This document shows positions 21,863 through 31,624 of a DNA stretch of 40,700 nucleotides, in pieces (positions within the stretch are counted from its first letter, which is position 1; the number at the start of each line of letters is the position of its first letter). The notes beneath the pieces were generated by a model that did not search any database, was not told the origin of the DNA, and saw only the letters and a list, made by a program, of their open reading frames with translations. Origin of the DNA: Trichomonas gallinae (Eukaryota); contig MRSU01002175.1 in NCBI GenBank assembly GCA_008369845.1, positions 1 to 40,700 on the forward strand, written 5' to 3'. Position numbers and translations under genes: made by a program.

Positions 21863-22909
21863 ATGAAAATTGATTGGATTTTTAACATTCCAGGTCTTTC
21901 CTGGTTCCTCAGACAGATGATTGATGAGCGCAAATTCAACAGCTTCACGCTCACTCACATCCTTATCTCTGTTGTCCTTTATTTCATTCCTCTCCATAAA
22001 TGGTTCCCATTCGGCCCGCTCTATTTCAACATGCGCCGCGCCCTCCACATGAACGATGAGCCAGCGCCTGAGGCAGAAGCGCAGCAGCCCCATAAGATGA
22101 AGTCTAAGAGCAAATTAGCAGAAAAAGCCAATAGCAAGAAGCAAATCAAGCAAGTCAAGGGAATGTCGAAGCTTCGTTACAGGACATTCTCACCACGCTT
22201 AGGTGTCTTCTTGTCTCACATTCCTTGCCTTATTGTTTACATTTATATCCAGCTCTTTTATCCTAGTGGAAGTTTAACATCAATCCCATCATTGTCGTTC
22301 CTGTTATATGCATCCTACCGTGCCATTATCTATCCATGGTTCAGAAATAAATATGCAACTGAAATTCCTCGCGTAACAGTCGCTCTTTACGCTGCTATCA
22401 GTGCGCACATCGGTTTCTGCGCATCCCGCATCACTGCGCTCTCTCCAAATCTTTCTTTCCAATATGCTGCAGAAAAACTCACAATGATATTGAGAAACAC
22501 CGAAAAATTCAAGGATGTCACTGTCATGGCTTACCACATCGAATATGTCATCCTCGTTCCTTATTTGGCCAGCTTCATCTACTTGGTTATGCACGATTGG
22601 GTGATTTGCAGGGCTCGCAACGAAAAGGGCTACGAAATCTCTATGTATGCCCAAAACAAGTGGGGCTGGCAGCGTGTTTCATGCCCACAGTACTGCTGGA
22701 CTTTCCTTACATATTTTGTTTGGACATTTTTCCTCGGAGACTTCGTTGAATCCCTTTCGTTCCTCATCTATGTTGCTGTCCTCACTGTCGTTCGTGCTGA
22801 TGTTGTTCACTCGTTCCTTTGCCAAGCTATTCCTGGATACGCATATTCTGGCCGCAACCCATGTTTCTTCTTCCTCGCTCACTCCAAGGCTTTCCTCAGA
22901 TTCGGCTAA
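21863..22909 (+). CDS. Steroid 5-alpha-reductase / enoyl-CoA-reductase-like multi-pass membrane protein
   Basis: YASYRAIIYPW, MHDWVICRAR..GYEI and WGWQRVSCPQY correspond to the family motifs HYxxR..IYP, DxxLxxLR..YxIP and GLFxxVSCPNY. Multiple TM segments. Confidence 0.75.
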   Translation: MKIDWIFNIPGLSWFLRQMIDERKFNSFTLTHILISVVLYFIPLHKWFPFGPLYFNMRRALHMNDEPAPEAEAQQPHKMKSKSKLAEKANSKKQIKQVKGMSKLRYRTFSPRLGVFLSHIPCLIVYIYIQLFYPSGSLTSIPSLSFLLYASYRAIIYPWFRNKYATEIPRVTVALYAAISAHIGFCASRITALSPNLSFQYAAEKLTMILRNTEKFKDVTVMAYHIEYVILVPYLASFIYLVMHDWVICRARNEKGYEISMYAQNKWGWQRVSCPQYCWTFLTYFVWTFFLGDFVESLSFLIYVAVLTVVRADVVHSFLCQAIPGYAYSGRNPCFFFLAHSKAFLRFG

Positions 22910-23173
22910 GTACAACTATTTTACTAAACAAATCATTCAACAACCTAACCAATTCTAATAATAAATCAAAATTTACTTGTTTTTAAAGAATTCATACTTG
23001 GATATCAAACATTCGATGTTTGTAACCGAAATAAACAGTCTTGATTTATCTTTGTGATATTTCATGAAAATTAATTTTATAATAATTATTTAACAGCAAT
23101 TATAGCATTTCTATTTACAAATATTGATATTAAATTGTAGTTTTCTCAATTTATCCATATTTTCCAGATATAT

Positions 23174-23382
23174 CATGTTTTCAATAAAGTGTTCTAATTT
23201 AATTATGTTAGCTTAATGTAGAGATTGATGTATTTGGGTCTTTAGTCCATTAGAATGATATTGTTTTTTTGGTTAGTCTTCATTATTATTATTTCATATA
23301 TTCAATAAAGTTTTATAAATTAATTTGTTGGATTGCTTGAAAATTCAAATAGTCAGGTCCATAGTCCATTAGAATGATGTTG
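23174..23382. repeat. ~120-bp imperfect tandem duplication
   Basis: TAGTCCATTAGAATGAT at 23243 and 23362; TTCAATAAAGT at 23180 and 23301. Confidence 0.7.
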
Positions 23383-23509
23383 ATAAGTCTAAATTTTTAT
23401 TGTAAGATGATGAAGGAAATTCTGACATGTAAACATATTTTATGCCATGTAATTTAATTGTTCCAAAAAGTGACAAAAGAAAAATTATACGTTATTAAGT
23501 TAGTAGAGA

Positions 23510-24700
23510 ATGGACAGCAGCAAATTTGAGATTCCAAGCTCTCTTGATGATTTTATCCAACATACACCGAGGCGCCAGATTACTATTAACGGCAAAACCG
23601 GTGTTATAACAGTTAACGTCGACATTGAATATCAAGTTCCTCAACATAAACCATTTCTTGGCGGCTACAAAAACCGTTTAACAGGCCAAGAGCTTCACCA
23701 CGTCGCTGGACAAACAGCACTTCTTCCTCATCAGAAAGGACTCGACAGATTTATCGATAAATTCCACAGAACTACGCAGACACAAATCACGGCACCGTCA
23801 TCTGCCCAGACAGCCCGCGATTTCGGATGCCAAACACCATTCTACAATCAATATATCAAGGAAACATATCCAACTTTAGAAGCAAAGCCTTATAAACTCG
23901 CTGAAGACGAACTGAACGAAAGAGATATGGCTGCACGTTCCATCCAGAGAGTTACAAGAGGCTTCTTCGCACGCCAGCAAGTTACAGAGATGAAAATTCA
24001 GCTTCAGAAAGAAAAAGAAGAAATGCAAGCACAAGCAGATCGCGTACAGAAAGACCTCAACGATAAGCGTCTCGAAGAGATCAATCGCCGTCGTAATCCA
24101 CGTACAGCACAAGATTTCAAGAATCTCTACGACGAACTGGCTGCTTGGCACTGGAAGGACACCCAGGCAATCAATGAGGGCAACCACACGGAGGAGGAGC
24201 GCAAGAGACTCCTTCAAGAATTGCTCAAGAAAGAGACAGAGCTTTTGCATTCAATCGACAAGATGAAGATCAAAGCGAAGCAGCTCAACACAGAAGAGAA
24301 CAACCTGAGACAACTTGATCAGTTGTCGAAGAAGAAGGTTTGGCAGTTGGAAAGCGGCGTGACGGTCAAAGTTCAAACACAAACAACTCTTCGTGCGAAA
24401 GAACTTCGCAACATTTACCAAACACTCAAGCTAACGAATGTTTCGCCAGATAAACGCATTGAGAACCTCCTCATCCTCAAACAGACAGTTACGCAGTTCG
24501 ATTGCCCACTCACGAGAGACTTGATCACGCTCATTGATAGAGAGGCTGACTTGCTCAACAGAGGAAGAAGCGATGACTCACTCGTAGGCCTCCGCAAACG
24601 CATAGAAACACTTTTCTTGCAGTTCTGCAAGACTCCAGAGTTCAACCCGGAGGCTGCCTCACTGCAGAAGGTTCCAAAGAATATTACAGGTGTTCAGTAG
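23510..24700 (+). CDS. IQUB: IQ and ubiquitin-like domain-containing axonemal radial-spoke protein (IQUB/FAP253)
   Basis: KPFLGGYKNRLTG, FHRTTQT, IQ motif IQRVTRGFFAR, RRRNPRTAQDF, TLRAKEL..IY, DCPLTRDLITLIDREADLLNRG, GLRKRI..LFLQF.KTPEFNPEA. Confidence 0.92.
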   Translation: MDSSKFEIPSSLDDFIQHTPRRQITINGKTGVITVNVDIEYQVPQHKPFLGGYKNRLTGQELHHVAGQTALLPHQKGLDRFIDKFHRTTQTQITAPSSAQTARDFGCQTPFYNQYIKETYPTLEAKPYKLAEDELNERDMAARSIQRVTRGFFARQQVTEMKIQLQKEKEEMQAQADRVQKDLNDKRLEEINRRRNPRTAQDFKNLYDELAAWHWKDTQAINEGNHTEEERKRLLQELLKKETELLHSIDKMKIKAKQLNTEENNLRQLDQLSKKKVWQLESGVTVKVQTQTTLRAKELRNIYQTLKLTNVSPDKRIENLLILKQTVTQFDCPLTRDLITLIDREADLLNRGRSDDSLVGLRKRIETLFLQFCKTPEFNPEAASLQKVPKNITGVQ

Positions 24701-24842
24701 TTTTTTTCGTTATTTATCCTTCTTTCGTTATTTTTTTATTATCATTTTGTGCAAATAAATCTCAGTTATATTTAACCTTCTCGCTTTTTATAGCCAATCT
24801 GTCTTATAAAACAACTTTATTTCAAATATTCAATAAAATATT

Positions 24843-25080
24843 AATCAAAATTTAATTTCAATGATTTTTAATTCATTAAAAATTTCAAAACGCAATTTTT
24901 CCTTGATATAAACTCGTTTTCAATTAATTTAGCGAAATCGCAAATCAATATTTTTCTAATTGAAATTTCAATGATTTTTAATATATTTTACTTTCTATTA
25001 GTTCATAAATCTTGTTTAAGCAACTTGTTTTCAATATAATAGAACAAATAATCTGAATTTTGAAATCAAAATTTAATTTT
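24843..25080. repeat. ~110-bp-period degenerate AT-rich repeat
   Basis: AATTTCAATGATTTTTAAT at 24854 and 24964; AACT(C/T)GTTTTCAAT at 24911 and 25022; AATCAAAATTTAATTT at 24843 and 25064. Confidence 0.65.
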
Positions 25081-25253
25081 TTAAATAAATAACTTCGAAA
25101 ATTTGAAACTAACAAAGATGTATCATCATGATCACATGAATATGAATGAAATCGTTTCATTTTGAATTATTTGAAATTTCAAAATTTTTTAAGTTTTTGT
25201 TTTGAAAAAGATGAAAATTAGTGATGTATATTCAAACATTTTATTAATGAACT

Positions 25254-26870
25254 CTATATTTTCATTTCATTGCATTTTTCTTTTCCATTTTCAATTAAAC
25301 ACTTGAAATGATTCTCTACGTAACTTGGCTGGCCGCCAACGAACTTCTCACCTGTCACGAGAGGCTCGTCATTGAACAGATCCAGTGGATTACAATCAGG
25401 AATTGCAGAAGATTTAAACACAGCAACTTTGTCGAAGAAAACCTTGTTTGATTCCAAGAAATCAGCAACCAAGTTATTTGATGTGTATCCCAAAATCCTG
25501 CCTGGATTCAATACAGCAATTTTTCTGTTAGATTTCAACCCTTTTGCATCGGAGAAAATAATTATATAAGAATTATCCGAAATATTCGCGATTTTTTCGA
25601 TTGCTGATTCGAAAATTTGATGTGGGAGAAAATCTGATACAATTAATGCATGAGAAATGCTGGCTTCATCGAAAAATAAATTTGATGGAGTCAAGCCAAA
25701 AGAATTAGAATAATTATAGGTTCTTTTCATGTGAAATGGTGCAATCTGGGCTTTCATCCTTAATGGATCGAATGGAGTAATAACAAAAGGAAGTGGAATA
25801 ATTAAAAGACAAACAACTGTTATCCAGTAGTTGTCTGATACCATGAAGAAGAAAATACTTACACTTATTGTGCAAATTCCAATCCTAAGTAGTGGATTAG
25901 GGAAAATTGCAAATATTCCGAGGAAAAACGCGATATATGATGATGAAGATGGAGTATTGAATACAAATATGATGAAAAACGTTATTGCTCCGTATACAAC
26001 TGCAACTAATATGTTTTGTTCTTTAGAAAGATAATTTGTTGCAAAACATGAGCAAATAAGTGAAATTACAGCAATAATTTGGGTTGTATTTAGTGTTCCA
26101 TTGTATAATAATGCACCAAATAGAATTGTTGCAAACAAAGAGCTTGAAATTTCGTTAAAATATTGAATTCTATCAAATAATAACAATATCACAGCAAGAG
26201 TTATTTCCAATCCGTATAAAAGTTTAGTTTTCTGCATCGTACCAATTGTAAACACGATTAAAAACACTAATTCACCTAATAAAACGTTCTTGAATAAAAA
26301 TGCGAATCTGTTATCATAGGTATGTTCTTGATTGGCATTAATTGCAGTAGTTGTTAGTATTTCATTGTTTGTATGGATTGTTACTGCTCCTGTAATATTT
26401 TCGAATTTCAAATTTGTAAATGATCCAAAAATATGCTGCTCAGTCATAATGGAACGCTGTTTAAATGGTAAAACTTCCAAAGATGGCGGTGTTTCAATAG
26501 TTTCAATAATATTTGTTTTATTTCTGATTGTTAGATTACTCGAGTATATGAAACTGACATTTTTAAGTTTAGATATTACATTTCTATTAGCAAAATGAAT
26601 CGAAAGCGTAAGATTTGTTGGTGATTTTTGAACATCTCTATTAATGATTGAGAAATTGAGCTTAAATGATCTTAATTTGAAATCTTTTATGTCTTTGAAT
26701 ACCGAATATGTAAAGTATTTATCTGGTTTCGTTAACCAAATTCCAAACAAAATCACAGACATGATAACGAAGAGAAGAACATAAATTTTCGATGCTGTCT
26801 TGATGTTTACTGTTGGTTTTGACGTTTCTTCTAATGATTTTTCTATTTCAACTTCTTCCATTTCATTCAT
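25254..26870 (-). CDS. Multi-pass membrane protein
   Basis: 538 aa: N-terminal TM, lumenal domain with N-x-S/T sites, a cluster of about 7 short hydrophobic segments, and a soluble C-terminal domain. Confidence 0.8.
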   Translation of the reverse strand: MNEMEEVEIEKSLEETSKPTVNIKTASKIYVLLFVIMSVILFGIWLTKPDKYFTYSVFKDIKDFKLRSFKLNFSIINRDVQKSPTNLTLSIHFANRNVISKLKNVSFIYSSNLTIRNKTNIIETIETPPSLEVLPFKQRSIMTEQHIFGSFTNLKFENITGAVTIHTNNEILTTTAINANQEHTYDNRFAFLFKNVLLGELVFLIVFTIGTMQKTKLLYGLEITLAVILLLFDRIQYFNEISSSLFATILFGALLYNGTLNTTQIIAVISLICSCFATNYLSKEQNILVAVVYGAITFFIIFVFNTPSSSSYIAFFLGIFAIFPNPLLRIGICTISVSIFFFMVSDNYWITVVCLLIIPLPFVITPFDPLRMKAQIAPFHMKRTYNYSNSFGLTPSNLFFDEASISHALIVSDFLPHQIFESAIEKIANISDNSYIIIFSDAKGLKSNRKIAVLNPGRILGYTSNNLVADFLESNKVFFDKVAVFKSSAIPDCNPLDLFNDEPLVTGEKFVGGQPSYVENHFKCLIENGKEKCNEMKI

Positions 26871-27270
26871 TTTTATAATTTGACAAATTTTGTTTTACAT
26901 GACAAAAATTAAAAATATGTAGAATAAATATTTTACATGTCAAAATATTTAATTAAGGGGTAGATATGGTTTAACGGGGAGGAAATTTAATGACACGGCT
27001 AAAAAGTTGATTTATGAGACAAAACAAACTGTGGATGTCTTATTGGCATCAAGCACATGTCATATGCTCACTCATTAAGCTCAATAAAAAATTAAAATTA
27101 AAACAATGGTTAGTTAGGATCGAAATCCTTATGATTATGTATAAGGATAGTGGTTAGAAGGTGAAGACAATATGTCATAAAAATGAAGAAAAATCAGTTC
27201 ATTAAAATTAGAAATTTCTAGGGCTAATTTAACGAACTTCAAAAATCTAGGTTACATTGATGTAGAGATT

Positions 27271-27699
27271 TTACGCAAGCCCGTCAAGCATCTTCATACG
27301 GTCAACAATAACTTGTTTGTTGCATTCGCCAACTTCGCCAGCAACGATGAATTCATCGAGGATAGCGTAAACTTTATGGAATTGCAACAGTAGATCTAAT
27401 TCACGAACTTTGCCGAAGTACATATCCATAACTTCGACGAAAAGATGGATTGTTTCGAGAATAGCGAACTCGTTATCATTAGAATCGACGCACATGCACA
27501 TGAAAAGAGCTGCATATGGGCGGTAGATAATTTTGTAATTCTTGTATTCAAGGACATTTGTGAGATTTGCAGCACGACGGCAAACGAGGCGGTGAATATC
27601 GACTTTCAGCTTCTCCTTCTCAGCGTTTGTGTATGGTGTATACCACTTAACGAGACGAACAGAACCTTGCCTGTTGAAGACGAGGAAAAAGCGTATCAT
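27271..27699 (-). CDS. Clathrin adaptor complex small (sigma) chain, AP-2/AP-1 type
   Basis: 142 aa; MIRFFLVFNRQGSVRLVKWY, KIIYRPYAALF, ILETIHLFVEVMDMYFGKVRELDL, KVYAILDEFIVAGEV. Confidence 0.95.
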   Translation of the reverse strand: MIRFFLVFNRQGSVRLVKWYTPYTNAEKEKLKVDIHRLVCRRAANLTNVLEYKNYKIIYRPYAALFMCMCVDSNDNEFAILETIHLFVEVMDMYFGKVRELDLLLQFHKVYAILDEFIVAGEVGECNKQVIVDRMKMLDGLA

Positions 27700-28706
27700 A
27701 TTAAAGTGTCAAATTTTTCTCATTTCAATTCGAAACACCTTTTTCATTGCACATTATATGCAAATATCAACAAAAAATGAGAAAAAAAATTAAAAAAAAT
27801 TCTATCGTCAATTTTATTTTAATTCCCATATTTATGAACTATTTTTATTACAAAAAAACTTTTTCATCGGTCATTTTTTGGAAAAGTGACATTTGATACA
27901 TTTTTTGGACTAAAAATCAATTTTTCTTTGTTAAAAATGGGTTTACTGAGGCCACACATTGTGATAATATATTTTTAAGGCCATGTTTATCTATATATTG
28001 TCTTATTATTTGTTTATTCTTGAATTTCAAACATGAAATTGATATATCTAATATTAGGCGCTCATATTTCATTATTATATCCGCATAGGCAATGCATAAT
28101 AGAAAATAACTTCATTGGCCAAAATGGAAGTAATTTCGAATGTCAAATATAATATATGAGATGATAATTGGGATTTCATTTGCACTATGTGATACCATTT
28201 AAGGCATTAATAAATGTTATGACTGTGAAACGTTCCAAATGTCATGTCATTATTTTCTTTTGCTGGCATTTTATATTTACCGCATTTGAATCGGATTTTT
28301 GTAAAGAAAGTGGAATCTTTGACATGTAAACTATATTTTTGACAATGATATTATTCGTATGATAAACGTCTATTAACAATGTACTAATGTCTATGGCAGC
28401 AAATATAACATTAATACACATAAATACTTGATATGAAGTCAACAATGAATTAAAATTAATTGATATTTTTTATCAAAAAATGATCCATACTGTTAGACAT
28501 CTTTTAATGTTATCATATGAGCTTCTTTGTCGCTTTATAATGAGATTTATTATTCTATATGACCATGAACTTGCGATCTTGTGATTTTATGATGAAGATT
28601 AATCAAATCTGAGATTTTTGGAGTGAAAATACATAATGTGATGAATAATAGATAATAAATATGTTTATTTTCGAACTCGTTTCCGAATTTATAATAGATA
28701 ATAAAT

Positions 28707-30116
28707 TTAGAACTTCTGTGGCTTGAAGTGTGTGTGGAAGTACTCATGAGCTAAGCCATGACCAAATTTGCCACCTAAGTATTTGTTATATAATTCCTGA
28801 AGCTGTGTGTTATCCTGTGGTGTTCTGTATTTAGAAGCTCTGTCGATTCTGTATGTAGCATCAAGACGCTTGTTCATAGCAGCCTTTGTCTTAGCCTTTG
28901 GTGAACCACCGCCGCCGACGCAGCCACCTGGGCAAGCCATAACTTCGCAGAAGACGACGCCCTTGACATCATCCTGACCCTCTTCGATCTTCTTGATGAG
29001 CTGCATAGCGTTCTTGACGCCCTGAGCAACAGCAACCTTAATTTCGCGGCCATTGATATCGACTGTGCCGACCTTGATGCCCTTTTCAGCACCACGGACC
29101 TGGACGAACTCGATTGGAGCAAGTTCCTTGTTTGTAGCGAACTTGTAGGCGGAACGAACGGCAGCTTCCATAACACCACCTGTAGCGCAGAAAATAGCAC
29201 CACCACCTGTAGCCATAGCGTATGGGCTATCAAGTTCTGTGTCTGGAAGGTTCTTGAAGTCGATCTTAGCAGCCTTGATCATCTTTGCGAGTTCGCGAGA
29301 TGTGATATCAAGATCTGTCTCGTGGTAGCCATCCTTTGTACGGAGCTGCTCACGTTCTGCCTCGTCCTTCTTGGCTGTGCATGGCATAATTCCAACAGAG
29401 TAGATTCTTGATGGATCAACGCCGATGTGCTTCGGGAAGACGTTCTTGATGGCGGCTGAGAGCATACCGATTGGAGAACGGCATGTTGAGAGGTGTGGCA
29501 TCCACTGTGGGTAGCTTCTCTCAACATAGTTAACCCAAGCTGGGCAGCAGGATGTGAACATTGGGAGGACAGCCTTTGGATCGTTGAGTCTCTGAAGAAG
29601 TTCTGTGGCTTCTTCGACGATTGTAAGATCGGCACCGAAGTTTGTGTCGAAAACGTAGTCGAAACCGAGCTTCTTGAGGGCTGTAACGACCTTACCTGTG
29701 GAAATTGTTCCGACTGGGATGCCAAGGCCTTCGGCCATGTTGATACGGATGGCTGGAGCGATCTGGCAGACAAGAATCTTGTCGCCCTTGTTCTTGAAGA
29801 TCTGATTCATCTGCTTGATGGCATCCTTCTCATGGATGGCGAATGTTGGGCAGACGAGTGTGCATTGACCGCAGCCGATGCAGTTTGTCTCAGCAAGTGG
29901 TTTGCCTGTGACTGTCTGGACGACACCCTTCTTCTTCTTGTCGCCTGTGATCTTGACTGACTTGAGGACACTTTGACCGGCAACATTCTTGCAAGCCTTG
30001 ACGCAGGCCTGGCAGTTGATGCACTTGTGCATGTCGAAGGCGATGGCGTGATGTGAGTTATCAACCCATGTGATGTTTGCTGCACAGCGAGAGCCGATTG
30101 ATGATGATGCAAGCAT
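28707..30116 (-). CDS. Hydrogenosomal [FeFe]-hydrogenase (short form with 2x[4Fe-4S] domain)
   Basis: MLASSSIGSR leader; CINCQACVKAC and CIGCGQCTLVCP; H-cluster motifs TSCCPAW, MPCTAKKDE and EVMACPGGCVGGGGSP. Strong codon bias. Confidence 0.98.
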   Translation of the reverse strand: MLASSSIGSRCAANITWVDNSHHAIAFDMHKCINCQACVKACKNVAGQSVLKSVKITGDKKKKGVVQTVTGKPLAETNCIGCGQCTLVCPTFAIHEKDAIKQMNQIFKNKGDKILVCQIAPAIRINMAEGLGIPVGTISTGKVVTALKKLGFDYVFDTNFGADLTIVEEATELLQRLNDPKAVLPMFTSCCPAWVNYVERSYPQWMPHLSTCRSPIGMLSAAIKNVFPKHIGVDPSRIYSVGIMPCTAKKDEAEREQLRTKDGYHETDLDITSRELAKMIKAAKIDFKNLPDTELDSPYAMATGGGAIFCATGGVMEAAVRSAYKFATNKELAPIEFVQVRGAEKGIKVGTVDINGREIKVAVAQGVKNAMQLIKKIEEGQDDVKGVVFCEVMACPGGCVGGGGSPKAKTKAAMNKRLDATYRIDRASKYRTPQDNTQLQELYNKYLGGKFGHGLAHEYFHTHFKPQKF

Positions 30117-30880
30117 TTTTTTTGTTTTGATAAGTCAATTCTTCTCAAAAATCCAAATGTTTACAAATGGCCTCAAAAATTCTGAAGTTTACTGTGGCGG
30201 TTATATTTTTGTGAACCAATTGTTTTATTTGAATGAGCATAAATCGGTTAATTTTTTTAACTTTAGTATTTTTTTCCTTAGGCTGTTATCATCATTTCAT
30301 ATATTTATAAGTCACTTTTCGAAAAATTCCTCATATCATAAATCTGTTAATACTTAACATAAATGTTGTATATTTCATAGGACACGTTTTCTCTTTGAAA
30401 AATATAACCTTATTAGTTTATAGTAAACGTCTACCTTTCATTTTTTTAGGTACTGACTCGAAATGGATATAAATTGATTCACGGACTTCTACAGAAAAGG
30501 CAATACTTTATTATTGCATGTGAACATCGATATATCCATAAAAATCGTGATTTCATTCAAAAGATTATTTCGAAATCGATATTATTACAAATTAAATGCA
30601 TCTTAAAAATCATTATAATGATAGGATAGTATATTTAAATTAATTGGTCGGAAAGGAAAGGTTTTTATGAAATTTTTTATATAATGCCAATAAAAATGCA
30701 AGAAGAATGAACCCATCATCCTACATGAGTTTCACTTGTTAATTGAATCTTAAATCGCATGATAGCAATATTGATTATTCTTTCCACGTTTTTGAGCGAA
30801 TATGATCATGAGAAATTCAGTCACAATATCAGTGATAATATGATATGATTTAATTAAATCGATAAGTTAAATTTTCGAAA

Positions 30881-31306
30881 TTATAATAAATTTGAGTTCT
30901 TATTTTGAAGAAATTCGAAGTATGCTAAGGTATCGGCATCATACTCTACCTGATCAACTTCTATAATAGGTACTGGTTCAGATTGAATTTCATTTGTTGT
31001 TCCTGGTTGTTCAAGAATTGACTGCAATTTAGTTTGGCTCTTTGTTTTTTGATTATTGTTATCTTCTGAGACGCGCATATTTTTATCAAATTTTTCGGCT
31101 TCTTCTAAACTGTAACGGATTGCATCTAGGTTCTTACAAAGTTTATTTTTCGATTTCTGATTCATTCTTTTAACCATTACTAACCCATTCGAGATCTTAT
31201 CATTTGAAAAATGGCTTTGGAGTGATTTTGACTTTGTTATATTTCTGTTTGGTCTTGATCTTTCTTTTTTATCATTTGGTTTCTTTGTTTTTGGTGTTTT
31301 GCTCAT
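30881..31306 (-). CDS. Hypothetical Lys-rich protein
   Basis: First ATG at 31306 (MSKTPKTKK), basic N-terminus, acidic C-terminus. AAAAGTGAC in sense at 31338-31346. Confidence 0.7.
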   Translation of the reverse strand: MSKTPKTKKPNDKKERSRPNRNITKSKSLQSHFSNDKISNGLVMVKRMNQKSKNKLCKNLDAIRYSLEEAEKFDKNMRVSEDNNNQKTKSQTKLQSILEQPGTTNEIQSEPVPIIEVDQVEYDADTLAYFEFLQNKNSNLL

Positions 31307-31362
31307 TAAAAAGCAAAAAAATGTAATATTTTGATTTGTCACTTTTTAAATTCTACAATCTC

Positions 31363-31595
31363 ACTAAAATCCCGTAATTATATTCCCATTGTTTCGGGCA
31401 CCATAGTCTCAGAGGCTCTCATGAGACTGGGTATGCCTCAGATATGGCGCCCTCTGTTGATCTCGCTCGAGATCAAATTTCGATGAATTTAGATTTCGAG
31501 CGAGATCAACAGAACTTGATGTCACATAAGAGGGATAAACCTTCGAAATTTCCCGAAGATGTATTTGGAAAAGTGGATCTATATGGATTTACTTT
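31363..31595 (+). ncRNA. Candidate structured non-coding RNA of unrecognised family
   Basis: Hairpins 31396-31438, 31453-31513 (18 perfect bp extending to 28 bp), 31541-31558 and 31570-31595. G-U wobbles work on the + strand only. TCACT Inr-like start at 31361 and GUAUUUGG Sm-like motif at 31561-31568. Boundaries approximate. Confidence 0.65.
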
Positions 31596-31624
31596 ATCCT
31601 TAGGTAAATACTACCAAAAAAGCA

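Noticed and set aside
28874..30357. Alternative-frame and antisense ORFs over the hydrogenase
   Set aside because: By-products of strong codon bias in a highly expressed gene. The same applies to shadow ORFs over 21863-22909, IQUB and SEY1.
31363..31436. Spliced-leader RNA interpretation (G/GTATGC donor at 31431 plus Sm-like site)
   Set aside because: The putative leader would contain an AUG (31421), the donor is imperfect, and there is a single copy here.
31390..31441. Hammerhead ribozyme on the minus strand (CUGAGG...CGAAAC)
   Set aside because: The core is CUGAGGC rather than CUGANGA, no stem I partner was found, and the wobble pairs favour the + strand.
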